Shown: positions 17,504 through 28,981 of the stretch, piece after piece | Numbering within the stretch: the stretch's first letter is position 1 | Layout: every line of letters begins with the position of its first letter | DNA from: Candidatus Algichlamydia australiensis | Lineage (GTDB): Bacteria > Chlamydiota > Chlamydiia > Chlamydiales > JAJFMI01 | Assembly: GCA_033977065.1 (NCBI GenBank) | Contig: JAXCHI010000003.1 | Span: forward strand, 628,875-692,874 | Reading direction: 5' to 3' | Length of the DNA stretch: 64,000 bases | Notes under the pieces: model-generated | Seen by the model: the letters and a program-made list of their open reading frames with translations, nothing else | The model's database searches: none | What the model was told of the DNA's origin: nothing | Made by a program: the position numbers and the translations under genes

Positions 17504-20500
17504 ATGCTCAACTTTCGAAAACTAAAGCAAGATTTCTCTTCATCCACACTGCAAGAAGGGAAGGCAATTTACGATGAAAAAAAAGTGCAGTCTGCAAAGA
17601 TTTTAGAGCTAGACGGGGCGATTGTTCGCATCCAAGCGATGATTGCGGGGCAGTTTGAAAAAGATTACTCGAGTGAGATTGAGATCGATCGTTCTGAGTG
17701 CGAAACGATCGACTCAAACTGCGACTGTCCCTATCACTGCGATTGTCAGCATTTAGCAGCTCTTCTCTTTTACTTGGAAGATAATTTGGATGAAATTCTG
17801 GTCAATTATTCCAACGAGAACGATATGGAAGAGCACGAAGAGCTCTTGGAAGTTGTTAAAGAAGCCCAGGACAAGCAAGAGCAAAAACTTGATGAGGAGT
17901 ATCGAAAACAGCTAATTGAGGAGTATGCGCTCTCTTCAAAAGTTCTTTCCACCTCGCCCTTTTTTGTTCAAGAAGACAAAAAAGCACCAGAGCGTGCGGA
18001 GCTTGCTGTTTTTTTCTCCATGGAGAAAAAGGGGGTCCAGGTGCAGCTTGCCATGCGTCTTCCGTCGCGCTCCAAGCCGCTTCATATTCCAGAAATTTTT
18101 GCATTTGCTGATAGTGTTTGCTTTGAAGAACCAATTGAAATTGGTGGTAAACAGTACTTTTTCACTTATGATACTTTTCCTGAGCCGCAGCAAGAAATTT
18201 TGCGCCTTATCTTTGCCCATATGCGTCCGCTTCCTGGCAAAGAGAGTGAGAAGGCAAAGAAGTGCGGTGTGATTGAAAAAAAGACTTTTGGTGCTATTTT
18301 AGCCAAAGCGTATGCAATTGGGAAAGAGTGGATGCGAGGACACCCAGGCCGGTTCAGTGATGATGAACTCCCACGCCTTCCCTGCTTTTTTGAAGGGGGA
18401 CTTGAGTCGCCTTTGCACTACTCTCTTAAACCTGCGCAGTTTGAGGTTGAGCTTGAGTATATCCAACCACCAGCTAAAAAAATTCTACTTAATCCAAGGC
18501 TTGACTTGGATGGAAAGCAGACAACTCTTGAAGAGGTTGAGTTTTTTCGCTCTCCAGAGCCGGGATTGCTGCACGATCACACTTATTGGCACTTCGATAA
18601 GACAATTACGCGTCGCCACTTAGAGGATCTCTCCTCACTGCGTGAAATCACGATTCCAGAGCCGCTCTTTGGAACATTTGTAGAAAACTCTCTATCTGAA
18701 CTCTTAAGCGTTGCGAAGGTAGCTGGGACAAAAATTTTGGAGAATTTCACGACTCTACCCTTTGTCGGAGAGTTGAAAGCGCGTTGTGACATCTCCTATC
18801 TAGAGGGGGAGTTTGATGCAACGCTTACCTTCCTCTACGATGACCGTGAAGTGCCTGCAGCAAGGGCGATTTTGAATGGGGATCATGTCGAGCATTTTGT
18901 TACAGAAGAGGGAATCATTGCGCGTGACCTCGTGGCAGAGCACAAGATTATCAAAGCCCTCTTTTCCGAATTTATCTTTTCAGAAGAGCAGGGGATCTTT
19001 ATTGCCGGATCTGAAAAAGTCATTATTGAGTTTATGACCGATATCATTCCGCGCTTCCAAGATCGCATCACTTTTAACTGCCCGCAAAATCTTCTCGATC
19101 AATTTATTTATGACGAAAGCCATTTCACCTTAAAACTTTCTGAAACAGATCGGATGGATCTCTATGAGATTGATTTGAAAGTAGAGGGAAGCTTGAGGGG
19201 AGTTTTCTTAGAAGAGTTATGGGATTGCATTCTTTGTAAAAGGCCCTTTCTTGAGCTCAAATCTTCGAAAAAGAAGAGCGAGGCGAAGTTGCCAAAAATT
19301 TTAGTATTAAATTTGGATGTTGTGACCGAATTCACGCAACTCTTTGATGAGCTAGGAATTGAAAAACTTGCGAACAAAAAGATCAAACGCCCTCTTTGGA
19401 GCTTGGCCAATATTGATGGGTCTCAATTTGAGAGTCTGCCAGTTACCTTTACGATGACAGAGCGACTTCAAGAGATTCGTCAGCAGATGCTAGGAGTAAA
19501 ACCCTTTGACTTTAGCGGTATACCAAAAGAGATTAAAGCAGATCTGCGCCCTTATCAGGTTGAGGGTGTGCAGTGGCTGGAGCGGCTGCGTTCGATGTAT
19601 TTGAATGGAATTTTAGCAGATGATATGGGTCTTGGAAAAACGCTGCAAGCCATTACTGCATTGACACAGAGTGGGATTGAACGCACAGCAATGGTTGTTT
19701 GCCCCACATCGCTTCTCTACAACTGGATGGAAGAGCTGCACAAGTTCAATCCTAAAATTCGCGCGCTTGTCATCGATGGAATCCCGACACAAAGGAAAAA
19801 AATCATTGAGGGCCTAACAGATTACGATGTGGTGATTACTTCCTACTCGCTTCTCCAAAAAGATATTGATCACTATCAGGAGATCCAATTCTCCTACCTT
19901 ATTCTCGATGAAGCGCAACACATTAAAAACCGCGGTACACGGAACGCCAAATCGGTTAAGCAGGTTGGAGCAGACTATCGTCTCATCCTTTCTGGAACGC
20001 CAATTGAAAATTCCCTTGACGAGCTTTGGAGTCTCTTTGACTTCTTGATGCCCGGATTTTTGAGCTCGTATGAGCGCTTCATTGAGAAGTATGTGCGCGT
20101 CTCAAGAGAAGAACAAACAAAAAATTTGGCTTACCTCAAAAAGAAAGTCTCTCCATTTATTTTAAGACGCATGAAGGCAGACGTATTAAAAGATCTTCCT
20201 CCTGTTTCAGAAATTGTCTACCACTGCCAGCTTTCAAACGAGCAGAAAGAGCTCTATCGCTCCTATGCAAAATCGGCACGTGATGAATTGACCAAACTTG
20301 TGGAGCGCGATGGCTTTGATAAAGTCCAAATCCACGTTTTGGCTACCCTCACAAGGCTTAAGCAAATCTGCTGCCACCCCGCTATTTTTGCCAAAGAGCA
20401 TCCAGAAGCTGGAGACTCTGCCAAGTATGAAATGCTTCTTGAACTTTTAGAGACATTAATTGAAGGGGGTCACAAGACCGTCATCTTCTCGCAATACACC

Positions 20501-20926
20501 AAGATGCTCAAAATTATGCGCGATGACTTTGATCGAAAAGGGATTCGCTACTCCTATCTTGACGGCACAAGTAAAAATCGCTTGGAAATTGTTGATGAGT
20601 TCAACAACGATAAAGAGATTCCAATCTTCCTCGTCTCCCTCAAAGCGGGTGGGACCGGCCTTAACCTTGTTGGCGCCGATACGGTTATCCACTACGATAT
20701 GTGGTGGAACCCTGCTGTCGAGTCGCAAGCAACAGACCGCGTGCACCGTATGGGGCAAAAACAAGCAGTCTCTGTCTATAAGCTGATTACACTCTCCTCC
20801 ATTGAAGAAAAAATTGTAGAGCTACAAAATCGCAAAAAGGGGATTGTAAAAAAAGTCGTGAGCTGCGATGAAGAGGCCATTGCCAAGTTAACTTGGGAAG
20901 ATGTCCTTGAATTACTACAGACTTGA
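17504..20926 (+). CDS. SNF2-family helicase with an N-terminal SWIM zinc finger
   Basis: The SWIM motif is [19 protein letters not shown]. Helicase motifs are [18 protein letters not shown] and [11 protein letters not shown]. Its position upstream of mreB matches the CT708 position. Confidence 0.9.
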   Translation: MLNFRKLKQDFSSSTLQEGKAIYDEKKVQSAKILELDGAIVRIQAMIAGQFEKDYSSEIEIDRSECETIDSNCDCPYHCDCQHLAALLFYLEDNLDEILVNYSNENDMEEHEELLEVVKEAQDKQEQKLDEEYRKQLIEEYALSSKVLSTSPFFVQEDKKAPERAELAVFFSMEKKGVQVQLAMRLPSRSKPLHIPEIFAFADSVCFEEPIEIGGKQYFFTYDTFPEPQQEILRLIFAHMRPLPGKESEKAKKCGVIEKKTFGAILAKAYAIGKEWMRGHPGRFSDDELPRLPCFFEGGLESPLHYSLKPAQFEVELEYIQPPAKKILLNPRLDLDGKQTTLEEVEFFRSPEPGLLHDHTYWHFDKTITRRHLEDLSSLREITIPEPLFGTFVENSLSELLSVAKVAGTKILENFTTLPFVGELKARCDISYLEGEFDATLTFLYDDREVPAARAILNGDHVEHFVTEEGIIARDLVAEHKIIKALFSEFIFSEEQGIFIAGSEKVIIEFMTDIIPRFQDRITFNCPQNLLDQFIYDESHFTLKLSETDRMDLYEIDLKVEGSLRGVFLEELWDCILCKRPFLELKSSKKKSEAKLPKILVLNLDVVTEFTQLFDELGIEKLANKKIKRPLWSLANIDGSQFESLPVTFTMTERLQEIRQQMLGVKPFDFSGIPKEIKADLRPYQVEGVQWLERLRSMYLNGILADDMGLGKTLQAITALTQSGIERTAMVVCPTSLLYNWMEELHKFNPKIRALVIDGIPTQRKKIIEGLTDYDVVITSYSLLQKDIDHYQEIQFSYLILDEAQHIKNRGTRNAKSVKQVGADYRLILSGTPIENSLDELWSLFDFLMPGFLSSYERFIEKYVRVSREEQTKNLAYLKKKVSPFILRRMKADVLKDLPPVSEIVYHCQLSNEQKELYRSYAKSARDELTKLVERDGFDKVQIHVLATLTRLKQICCHPAIFAKEHPEAGDSAKYEMLLELLETLIEGGHKTVIFSQYTKMLKIMRDDFDRKGIRYSYLDGTSKNRLEIVDEFNNDKEIPIFLVSLKAGGTGLNLVGADTVIHYDMWWNPAVESQATDRVHRMGQKQAVSVYKLITLSSIEEKIVELQNRKKGIVKKVVSCDEEAIAKLTWEDVLELLQT

Positions 20927-20946
20927 TGCTAACATGGGGATCACCT

Positions 20947-22035
20947 ATGAAAAACAGATCTGAGCTCCTGACGCTCAAAAAAATTGGCCAAATTCTCCTA
21001 AGCAAATGGACCGGCTTAACCGGGTATTTCTCTAGTGATATTGGAATTGACTTAGGAACGGCAAACACACTCGTTTACGTGCGCGGGAAGGGCATTGTCC
21101 TTGCTGAACCCTCCGTTGTTGCCGTTGATTCGCTTACGAATGAAGTTCACGCTGTTGGTCATAAAGCCAAAGCGATGCTTGGAAAAACCCCTCGCAAAAT
21201 TCACGCTGTACGCCCGATGAAAGACGGAGTCATCGCTGACTTCGAGATCGCAGAAGGAATGCTCAAGGCCCTCATAAGGCGCGTTACACCTAACCGATCG
21301 TTTTTTAGACCAAAAATTTTAATTGCCGTCCCTTCTGGAATTACAGGAGTGGAAAAGCGCGCTGTTGAAGATTCTGCTTTGCGCGCGGGTGCTCAAGAAG
21401 TGATTCTCATTGAAGAGCCGATGGCGGCAGCTATTGGAGTCGATCTTCCCGTACATGAACCATCCGGTAATATGATCGTGGACATTGGTGGGGGAACAAC
21501 GGAGATTGCGATTATTTCTTTGGGCGGGATTGTAGAATCTCGTTCACTTCGCATTGGTGGAGATGAGTTCGATGAGTGCATCATCAACTACATGCGTCGC
21601 ACCTACAATCTCATGATTGGTCCAAGAACAGCTGAAGAGATTAAGATGACCATTGGATCAGCTTACCCACTTGGCGACAATGAGCTAGAAATGGAAGTGC
21701 GTGGTCGCGACCAAGTTGCTGGCCTCCCGATCACAAAACGGATCAACTCCGTTGAAATTCGCGAATGCTTAGCTGAGCCTATCCAACAAATCATCGAGAC
21801 CATCAAACTCACACTTGAAAAGTGTCCACCTGAACTTGCAGCTGACCTTGTCGAATGCGGCATGGTACTTGCTGGTGGTGGCGCGCTGATCAAAGGAATT
21901 GACAAAGCGCTCATCAAAGAGTGCGGTCTTCCCGTTATTGTTGCCTCAAGTCCACTGCTTGCTGTTTGCATGGGAACAGGAAAAGCGCTAGAATATCTGG
22001 ATAAGCTAAAGAAAAGTAAATCCGCAGTGGCATGA
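20947..22035 (+). CDS. mreB: Rod-shape/cell-division actin homolog MreB (the ORF opens at 20923; the start was chosen after GGGGA)
   Basis: Motifs are [14 protein letters not shown] and [10 protein letters not shown]. Confidence 0.9.
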   Translation: MKNRSELLTLKKIGQILLSKWTGLTGYFSSDIGIDLGTANTLVYVRGKGIVLAEPSVVAVDSLTNEVHAVGHKAKAMLGKTPRKIHAVRPMKDGVIADFEIAEGMLKALIRRVTPNRSFFRPKILIAVPSGITGVEKRAVEDSALRAGAQEVILIEEPMAAAIGVDLPVHEPSGNMIVDIGGGTTEIAIISLGGIVESRSLRIGGDEFDECIINYMRRTYNLMIGPRTAEEIKMTIGSAYPLGDNELEMEVRGRDQVAGLPITKRINSVEIRECLAEPIQQIIETIKLTLEKCPPELAADLVECGMVLAGGGALIKGIDKALIKECGLPVIVASSPLLAVCMGTGKALEYLDKLKKSKSAVA

Positions 22036-23810
22036 AAATTGAATTTTCGGGCTGGACCAACCATTCTGAGTTGATCTCTTGGATCAACGAAGTGGTTGCA
22101 CTCACCCAGCCAGATGCTGTCCACCTCTGTGACGGCTCAAAAGAAGAGAATGACGCGCTCTGTCAAGAACTTGTTGAAAAAGGCGTCTTTGTTCCCCTAA
22201 AAAAACGACCAGGAAGTTACTGGTGCCACTCCGATCCAAAAGATGTCGCACGTGTAGAAGAGCGTACCTTCATCTGTTCGCAAACTCCCGAAAAAGCCGG
22301 CCCCACCAACAACTGGACCGATCCGGCTAAGATGAAAGAGAAACTCAAAACTCTCTTTGCTGGTTGCATGAAGGGACGCACCTGCTACGTTGTCCCTTTT
22401 TCTATGGGCCCAATCGAATCGCCCCTCTCGATTATAGGTATAGAAATTACGGACTCACCCTATGTTGTCGTCAATATGCGCATTATGGCACGCATGGGAA
22501 AAAAAGTTTTGGAACATCTCGGGGATAGAGGAACCTTTATTCCCTGCCTTCACTCTGTTGGAGCACCGCTTAAAGAGGGCCAAAAAGATGTGGCTTGGCC
22601 CTGCCAGCCCGATCAAAAATACATTGTACACTTTCCTGAAGAGAGAGAAATATGGTCCTTTGGTAGCGGTTACGGAGGCAACGCACTCCTTGGAAAAAAA
22701 TGTTTGGCTCTGCGCATCGCCTCCAGCATCGCACACGATGAAGGATGGCTAGCTGAGCATATGCTCATTGTGGGCATCACAAATCCTGAAGGCGAAAAAC
22801 GCTACTTTGCCGCAGCCTTTCCTAGCGCCTGCGGCAAAACCAACCTTGCGATGTTGCAGCCCACGCTTCCCGGTTGGAAACTTGAATGCGTTGGCGATGA
22901 TATCGCCTGGATGCGCATCGGACGCGATGGCCAGCTTTACGCGATCAACCCCGAAGCAGGATTTTTTGGTGTCGCTCCTGGCACCTCCAATCGGTCAAAT
23001 CCCAATGCAATGGCAACAATTGAAAAAAATAGCATTTTTACCAACACTGCCCTCACAGATGATGGCGACGTCTGGTGGGAGGGAATGACTGAAACACCGC
23101 CCGCCAAACTCACCGATTGGCAAGGCAATCCTTGGACGCCCGATTGCGGCCGCAAAGCCTCCCATCCCAATGCGCGCTTCACCACCCCCGCTATCCAATG
23201 CCCCGTCATTGACGAAGGCTTTGAAAAAATTGAAGGCGTACCCATCTCCGGAATTATTTTTGGTGGGCGCCGCCCCACTACCATCCCTCTTGTGATGGAA
23301 GCAAAAAATTGGGAACAGGGCGTACTTTTTGGAGCGGGCCTAAGTTCAGAACGCACCGCCGCCGCTGCAGGAAAAGTAGGTGAGCTACGTCATGATCCCT
23401 TTGCCATGCTGCCATTTTGCGGCTACCACATGGCCGACTACTTTGCGCATTGGGTTAAAATGGGAAAGAAGGGGAGTCAACTTCCCAAAATCTACCTGGT
23501 TAACTGGTTTCGCAAAGATAACGAAGGCAATTTTCTCTGGCCCGGCTTTGGAGAAAACGTTCGCGTACTCAAATGGATCTTTGAGCGCTGTGCCAATACA
23601 GCTACCGCTCAAGAAACAGCTGTGGGGCTTACGCCAGAAACACTTGATATTACTGGCTTGCAACTCTCTCAAGAACAACTACAAGAACTTTTGAAAGTTG
23701 ATCCCGCTTTGTGGAAAGAAGAAGTGACAAAACAAAAAGAGTACTTTACACTTTTTGAAGAGAAATTTCCCACAGAACTACAAACAGAATTAGAAAAATG
23801 CGGCTCTTAA
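22032..23810 (+). CDS. pckG: Phosphoenolpyruvate carboxykinase (GTP)
   Basis: [13 protein letters not shown] is the kinase-1a motif. [14 protein letters not shown] is the pattern of GTP-type PEPCK. Confidence 0.9.
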   Translation: MKIEFSGWTNHSELISWINEVVALTQPDAVHLCDGSKEENDALCQELVEKGVFVPLKKRPGSYWCHSDPKDVARVEERTFICSQTPEKAGPTNNWTDPAKMKEKLKTLFAGCMKGRTCYVVPFSMGPIESPLSIIGIEITDSPYVVVNMRIMARMGKKVLEHLGDRGTFIPCLHSVGAPLKEGQKDVAWPCQPDQKYIVHFPEEREIWSFGSGYGGNALLGKKCLALRIASSIAHDEGWLAEHMLIVGITNPEGEKRYFAAAFPSACGKTNLAMLQPTLPGWKLECVGDDIAWMRIGRDGQLYAINPEAGFFGVAPGTSNRSNPNAMATIEKNSIFTNTALTDDGDVWWEGMTETPPAKLTDWQGNPWTPDCGRKASHPNARFTTPAIQCPVIDEGFEKIEGVPISGIIFGGRRPTTIPLVMEAKNWEQGVLFGAGLSSERTAAAAGKVGELRHDPFAMLPFCGYHMADYFAHWVKMGKKGSQLPKIYLVNWFRKDNEGNFLWPGFGENVRVLKWIFERCANTATAQETAVGLTPETLDITGLQLSQEQLQELLKVDPALWKEEVTKQKEYFTLFEEKFPTELQTELEKCGS

Positions 23811-24238
23811 TCCAGCGAGTCAGCCAAGCCTCAGTAACTGTTAAGAAAAAAACCGTTGGAAAAATTGGCAAAGGCTATCTGCTGCTTGTTGGTTTTCACC
23901 ACGCAGATACAGAAAAATCGCTCGACTATTTTGTACAAAAAACGTTAAATCTGCGCCTATTCACAGATGAAAACGACAAAATGAACCTCTCTCTCCAAGA
24001 CATTGGAGGAGATCTGCTTGTCGTCTCGCAATTTACCCTCTACGCTGATGCGAGCAAAGGCCGCCGTCCCTCTTTTACAGAAGCAGCACCACCCGCGCAA
24101 GCGCTCACTCTCTACAACAAATTTGTAGAATCATTAGAAAATTCTTTTGGGAAAAAAGTACAAACAGGAGAATTTGGGGCCGACATGTCAGTTGACTTAA
24201 CTAACGACGGCCCGGTAACTATTTTACTTGAAAGCTAA
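23798..24238 (+). CDS. dtd: D-aminoacyl-tRNA deacylase
   Basis: The sequence reads MRLLIQRV...[12 protein letters not shown]...SQFTLYAD...NDGPVT. Confidence 0.85.
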   Translation: MRLLIQRVSQASVTVKKKTVGKIGKGYLLLVGFHHADTEKSLDYFVQKTLNLRLFTDENDKMNLSLQDIGGDLLVVSQFTLYADASKGRRPSFTEAAPPAQALTLYNKFVESLENSFGKKVQTGEFGADMSVDLTNDGPVTILLES

Positions 24239-24653
24239 AAAGTTCCTTTTCAGAGAAGAAGAAAGGAATTTCTTGTGCAGCCGTTTCTGGGCTATCGGAG
24301 CCGTGAACTGCATTGGCATCAATGCTCTCTGCAAAGTCCGCGCGAATGGTTCCAGGTGCAGCTTTTTTCGGATCCGTCTCACCCATAATCTCGCGATTCA
24401 AAGCGATTGCATTTTCTCCCTCAAGAACAGAGATGACAACAGGTCCAGAAGTCATAAATTCGACAAGCTCGCCGAAGAAAGGGCGCTCCTTGTGAACAGC
24501 GTAAAAATTTTGCGCTTGCTCCTCACTTAGGTGAAGCATTTTGATTGCCGCAATGCGAAGACCTTTCTTTTCAAAACGGGCAATGATCTGTCCAATAACG
24601 TTTTTATTTACAGCATCAGGTTTAATAATCGATAAAGTTTGTTGTTTACTCAT
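24219..24653 (-). CDS. ndk: Nucleoside diphosphate kinase
   Basis: Motifs are [10 protein letters not shown] and NAVHGSDS, the latter containing the active-site His. Confidence 0.9.
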   Translation of the reverse strand: MSKQQTLSIIKPDAVNKNVIGQIIARFEKKGLRIAAIKMLHLSEEQAQNFYAVHKERPFFGELVEFMTSGPVVISVLEGENAIALNREIMGETDPKKAAPGTIRADFAESIDANAVHGSDSPETAAQEIPFFFSEKELFSFQVK

Positions 24654-24720
24654 ATAGACTCCTTAAGTTATGTTTATCTTACCTTATTCATAGATAAAAT
24701 GCAACCAAAGAAAATTTTAA

Positions 24721-25939
24721 TTGACTACCATTTGCAGTCGTGAGAACTCTACACTTTACCCCTGTTTTATTCGAAATGGTCTCTTTAGAGATCCAAAAAA
24801 AGAGTATGGGCTTAATTTTGGAGATGTAGAAAAAGTAGAAAAAATTTGCACGCTTGGGCTCTTTGAGAAAGTCTTATATGGGGAGAAAACAGTTAAAAGT
24901 TTGCAAAGGAGAGTTTATTTCGACAAGAATCTTAGATTTGTTAATTTTAAAAACTTAGATATTTCTAGATAGTGTCGTCAAAAGGCTATAATCAGATTAT
25001 TTTTCATGTTTGCAGCTTATTTTTGTGCGGAAATTGAAGCTGAATTTGTAAATTCCGCTTCATTTGAGCACAAAAATGGAGCCCAAACATGAAAAATAAG
25101 ATGGTTGTATGCTTTTGACGACGCTATCTAATTGTTGCACACATCATTACGAACCTGATCGTGAGATAGCTGAAACTTATCTCGAATTAGAAAAAGTTTT
25201 TGGAAAGTGGACCCTACCACTTGCGCGTTTACTGATTCAAGATACAGAAGTTCTCTCTAAGTGGGCGCCAATCCCAACCAAAATTCCCCTTGATAATAGA
25301 GAGATTGAATTTACCTGGTGCAAGGAAGAATTAGAAACTAGAGTAAAGAATGCATATAAAAACGAGGAAAGAGAGTTTTTTGTACAGATCATAAACTTCT
25401 GGAGTGAATTGGAGGGTCGAGAGTGGAATGAAGGGTTCTACTTTCACTGGATCTATATCGTCTATCGCATACGCACCATTTTGGAAAACAGTAAGGAAAA
25501 TTGTGGTGAGGATTTTTGGATCTGCATCCGTCACTTTGTCGACGGGGCGCAACTTTATGGTTGGTGGGATAAATTGCTTAATCTTGCAGAAGGAAGTGAG
25601 AAAGAAAAAGAGATTCAAAGAATTCCTTTTCAGGTGCGACAAATTTCAAAATTAAGACACGAAGACAAGCAAGCATTGCTGAGTCTTATGACGGAGGTTT
25701 TTTCTAATTCGGAATTGATAAGTGGGGTAGGAGATTGGGAATATTATAATGATTTTGAGGCATCTTCACTCCCGAATACTACAAACAAAAAGAAAGAGGG
25801 TAGAGCAAAAGTTCACCTTATAGCTGGTATTGCACTCATTACTTTTGGTATCATCGGGGGTCTATACTATTATGGAAAACTTGATCGACTTCTCCAATAT
25901 ACGAAAGATTTTAGTCGCAAAACTGCGCCACCACGGTGA
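24721..25939 (+). pseudogene. Hypothetical C-terminally membrane-anchored protein gene split by MITE copy B (halves 24721-24972 and 25109-25939)
   Basis: The upstream ORF stops inside the MITE. The downstream ORF starts at an ATG inside the MITE. Removing the element plus one TA (163 bp) joins them in frame as ...NLDISNCCTHHYEPD... The downstream half may still be expressed. Confidence 0.55.
24966..25131 (-). mobile_element. Hairpin MITE (GATAGCGTCGTCAAAAG family), copy B, inverted relative to A and C
   Basis: It differs from copy A at 1 position. TA lies at 24966-67 and 25129-30. Confidence 0.85.
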
Positions 25940-26957
25940 TGTTCTCTTAACTTCACCACTCTTTTCGCAACTTAAAAAAGTTTGTCCCCACGCGACTATT
26001 GATGCTTACCTCTACAAAGAGACACATCCCATGTTAGCAGGCCACCCCGCTATCAACGATTTTCTTCTCTATGACAAATCCTGGAAAAAACTTTCCCTTC
26101 CTATGCGCCTACTTCAAGAGACGAAACTGCTGCAGCGCATTCGCAAAGGAAACTATGACCTTGTTATCAACCTCACGGAAGGGGATCGCGGCGCTTTAGC
26201 TGCCAAAGTCTCCAAAGCGCGTTATACAGTTGGCTTTGATGCAGAAGGTAGCGGCATGAAGGGAAAAAATAAATGCTACACCCATGTGGTACGCATCTGC
26301 CACAAACCGCGTCACACCGTTGAGCGTCACCTCGATGTGCTGCGCTGCCTTGGCATCTCTATTCCTGAGAACGAGCGAGATATCTTTTTTCATATTCCAC
26401 AAGAGTGCAAAACAAAAATTGCCACCCTTGTTCCGAACGATTACACTCTCATTCACCCTGTTTCGCGCTGGCTCTTTAAAGCCCTGCCAACAAAAACAAT
26501 CGCAAACCTGATCAAAGAGCTGCATGCCCAAGGTAAAAACATTGTTCTCTCCAGCAGCCCCGACCCGCAAGAACTTGCCATGTGCGAAGAAATCCTTGTA
26601 CAAACAAAAGAAATTCCCATCTGCAACTTAGCTGGTAAAACTTCCCTAAAAGAGCTGGGTGCGCTTATTGAACAAGCAGAACTTCTCATCACCGTCGACT
26701 CACTCCCACTCCATCTCTCTAGTGCCCTAAAAACCCCTGTTGTCGCAATCTTTGGCCCCACCTCAGATGAGACCTGGGCGCCTTGGTGCAATCCCAACAG
26801 CAGGATCGTGACAAAATCGATGCCTTGTCGTCCTTGCTACATGCCAGGTTGCGGAGGTAGTGGCCGTAGCGACTGCCTTGAAACTCTCGAACTTTCTAAA
26901 ATTTTAAACGCTGTTAAACAGTTAACATCTACTTTTAGCAGATCTTCTTGCAGTTAA
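25872..26957 (+). CDS. Glycosyltransferase family 9 (LPS heptosyltransferase-like)
   Basis: The N-terminus IRKILVAKLRHHGDVLLTSPLF and the later VDSLPLHLSSAL...FGPT match the GT9 pattern. The ORF opens at 25830, and the MENLIDF start was chosen. Confidence 0.7.
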   Translation: MENLIDFSNIRKILVAKLRHHGDVLLTSPLFSQLKKVCPHATIDAYLYKETHPMLAGHPAINDFLLYDKSWKKLSLPMRLLQETKLLQRIRKGNYDLVINLTEGDRGALAAKVSKARYTVGFDAEGSGMKGKNKCYTHVVRICHKPRHTVERHLDVLRCLGISIPENERDIFFHIPQECKTKIATLVPNDYTLIHPVSRWLFKALPTKTIANLIKELHAQGKNIVLSSSPDPQELAMCEEILVQTKEIPICNLAGKTSLKELGALIEQAELLITVDSLPLHLSSALKTPVVAIFGPTSDETWAPWCNPNSRIVTKSMPCRPCYMPGCGGSGRSDCLETLELSKILNAVKQLTSTFSRSSCS

Positions 26958-26980
26958 AAAAAGGATATTTTGGATGATTC

Positions 26981-27424
26981 TTACTCATTGATTTCTTCAA
27001 TAATTTCTTCGATTAATTTAGATAAAGAGTCGTATGAAAAAACAACCCCATCTGGAGAAATGTAAACATGTTCATATGCTTTGATGGATCCATCTTCATA
27101 TAAAATATAGCTTAATCCTGAAGAGTCCATTATTTTGATCCCTTTTTCGGCTCTTTTTTTATCTAACAGCCCAATCTCTTTGCTTTCTGTTTTACAGTTG
27201 CACAGACCTCCTGCTTTTCCTGTAGTCACAATCTCGTGCCCTCCAATGACTAGATTACCTATCTCTTCGATAAATGATCTGGTTTCTTTATCGAATTTAA
27301 AATCCAATTCTTTCTCTAAGTCGAGAAGGGCCTCTCTTCCATACTCTCCCCAGTACAAAATCTCTATCCCTTTATTGCTCATTTCTTTTTTAAAATTTTC
27401 TCTGTTCCACATTTTCCTTCTCAC
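26981..27424 (-). CDS. Small cytoplasmic protein, possibly SMI1/KNR4 (SUKH)-like
   Basis: It is 147 aa. The stretch LLDLEKELDFKFDKETRSFIEEIGNLVIGGHEI resembles the N-terminus of SUKH-family proteins. This is a weak, by-eye call. Confidence 0.3.
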   Translation of the reverse strand: MRRKMWNRENFKKEMSNKGIEILYWGEYGREALLDLEKELDFKFDKETRSFIEEIGNLVIGGHEIVTTGKAGGLCNCKTESKEIGLLDKKRAEKGIKIMDSSGLSYILYEDGSIKAYEHVYISPDGVVFSYDSLSKLIEEIIEEINE

Positions 27425-27509
27425 TTTTACTTGATTTCCCTGTTACTTTTCATGACCTCGAGACAGCATAACATGTGGTATGTAAATTCAAAATATCAAA
27501 TCTTAAAAA

Positions 27510-27643
27510 TGTCCGAATTATAACTAATTCGGACAAAAATCTTCTAAGAACTGGCCGAAAACCCGTTAATTCGGACAAAAACAGGCCAAAAAATGTCCGA
27601 ATTGTGATAATTCGGACAAAAATTATCGAAAAGTGTCCGAATT
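27510..27643. repeat. Six copies of TGTCCGAATT/AATTCGGACA in alternating orientation, each flanked by A-tracts
   Basis: Forward copies lie at 27510, 27594 and 27634. Reverse copies lie at 27526, 27568 and 27609. The array sits in a divergent intergenic region. Confidence 0.7.
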
Positions 27644-27786
27644 AATTACAGAACACTCGGTACTGTAGGGGCGTACATAAAGGCTTTTGATTAATCAATG
27701 AGGCTCAGGTTATTGAGCTTGGGGTTAATATAAAAAAATTGAAAAAAACAGAGAAAGAAAAATGCATGTTGGTCGATTGATTTCAG

Positions 27787-28256
27787 ATGGAGTTGAAGGG
27801 GCTTGGGGGCTTGTTTCATAGCTTGTTAAGAATAAAACTGATTAGCTTATATGATCCCGAAACTAGAGAGATGGACGAATGGTTTGATCCTTGCGTTTCT
27901 ATGGATGCCACTGTTGCTCGGTTTATTCCTCTCTTAAGGGGAGAAATTCATGAAAAATTAGGTAAAAAGAACAACCCGCCTTCAAAGAAAAAAAATTAAA
28001 ACTTTTAGAGGTAGAAAACGAAATCTTATCATTGGAATGCGCAATGGAAAATGAAAAACACCAAGCAAGGGTGAAGATGCGCCAGGCTCTGATTTATTAT
28101 GGCGACTGTTTTCGAAAGTTGGTTGAAGGTGATCATGAATTTAAAGAGTGTTTCTCTCCATATGACTTATCACTAATAAAAAAACTAATTGAAGATTCTT
28201 CAAACGAATCAACAGTTTTAAAGGGCTTGTATTTTGGGGGAAATAGAGATAGTTAA
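27787..28256 (+). pseudogene. Hypothetical protein in two frames that overlap at an A8 tract (27787-27999 and 28032-28256)
   Basis: The second frame is open from 27966. It overlaps the first across AAAGAAAAAAAATT (A8 at 27988-27995). A 1-nt shift fuses the two into about 156 aa. Confidence 0.35.
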
Positions 28257-28261
28257 GGAGA

Positions 28262-28981
28262 CTATAACTGGAAATCTTCGCCAAGGTAGTAGCGTTTAGC
28301 ATCGGGATTGGCAATGAGTTCGTCCACTGTGCCCGACATCAGAACTTGGCCTTCGCGCATGAGATAGCTGCGATCGACAATCGAGAAGAGTTCGCGGGCG
28401 TTATGGTCCGTGATCAAGATGCTAATCCCTTTTTTTTGCAGGTGGCGGATCATTTTTTTGAGGTCGCTGATGGTGATGGGGTCAACGTTGGCAAAGGGTT
28501 CGTCGAGGAGGAGAAGGGAGGGACTTGTGACAAGAGCGCGGGTGATTTCTAAGCGGCGTCGCTCACCTCCGGAGAGGGTTACAGCGCGCTTTTTGGCATG
28601 AGGTTTCAGATAGAGTTCGTCAAGTAGTTGGTTGCAGCGCTTCTTTCGCTGCTCCTTGTTCATTGGGAGAGTTTCAAGTACGGCGAGTATATTTTCTTCT
28701 ACAGTGAGGGAGCGAAAGATCGAAGGCTCTTGAGCGAGATAACCCATGCCCATTTTGGCCCGCTTATGGATAGGAAGGTGAGTGATCTCTTGATCTTTAA
28801 AAATAACCTTACCTCCATCAGGAGAGATGAGGCCGATTGTCATGTAAAAGGCGGTTGTTTTTCCCGCGCCGTTAGGGCCAAGTAGGCCGACAATTTCACC
28901 GGGGCCGACAGAAAAACTAAGGTCGGTAACGACGGACTTGCCGCTATATTTTTTTTTCAAATGGCGGATTTTTAAAATCAT
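28262..28981 (-). CDS. lptB: LPS export ABC transporter ATP-binding protein LptB
   Basis: Walker A is GPNGAGKTT, the ABC signature is LSGGERRRLEI, and Walker B is LLLLDEPF. It lies in the kdsA-linked Lpt cluster. Confidence 0.85.
   Translation of the reverse strand: MILKIRHLKKKYSGKSVVTDLSFSVGPGEIVGLLGPNGAGKTTAFYMTIGLISPDGGKVIFKDQEITHLPIHKRAKMGMGYLAQEPSIFRSLTVEENILAVLETLPMNKEQRKKRCNQLLDELYLKPHAKKRAVTLSGGERRRLEITRALVTSPSLLLLDEPFANVDPITISDLKKMIRHLQKKGISILITDHNARELFSIVDRSYLMREGQVLMSGTVDELIANPDAKRYYLGEDFQL

Noticed and set aside
21663..23356. Several 90-150-aa ORFs antisense to, or out of frame within, mreB and pckG
   Set aside because: They are embedded in genes with strong family motifs. They are shadow ORFs.
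27510..27643. A possible CRISPR array
   Set aside because: The repeats are only 10 bp, they alternate in orientation, and the spacers are 6-30 bp. No cas genes are present.
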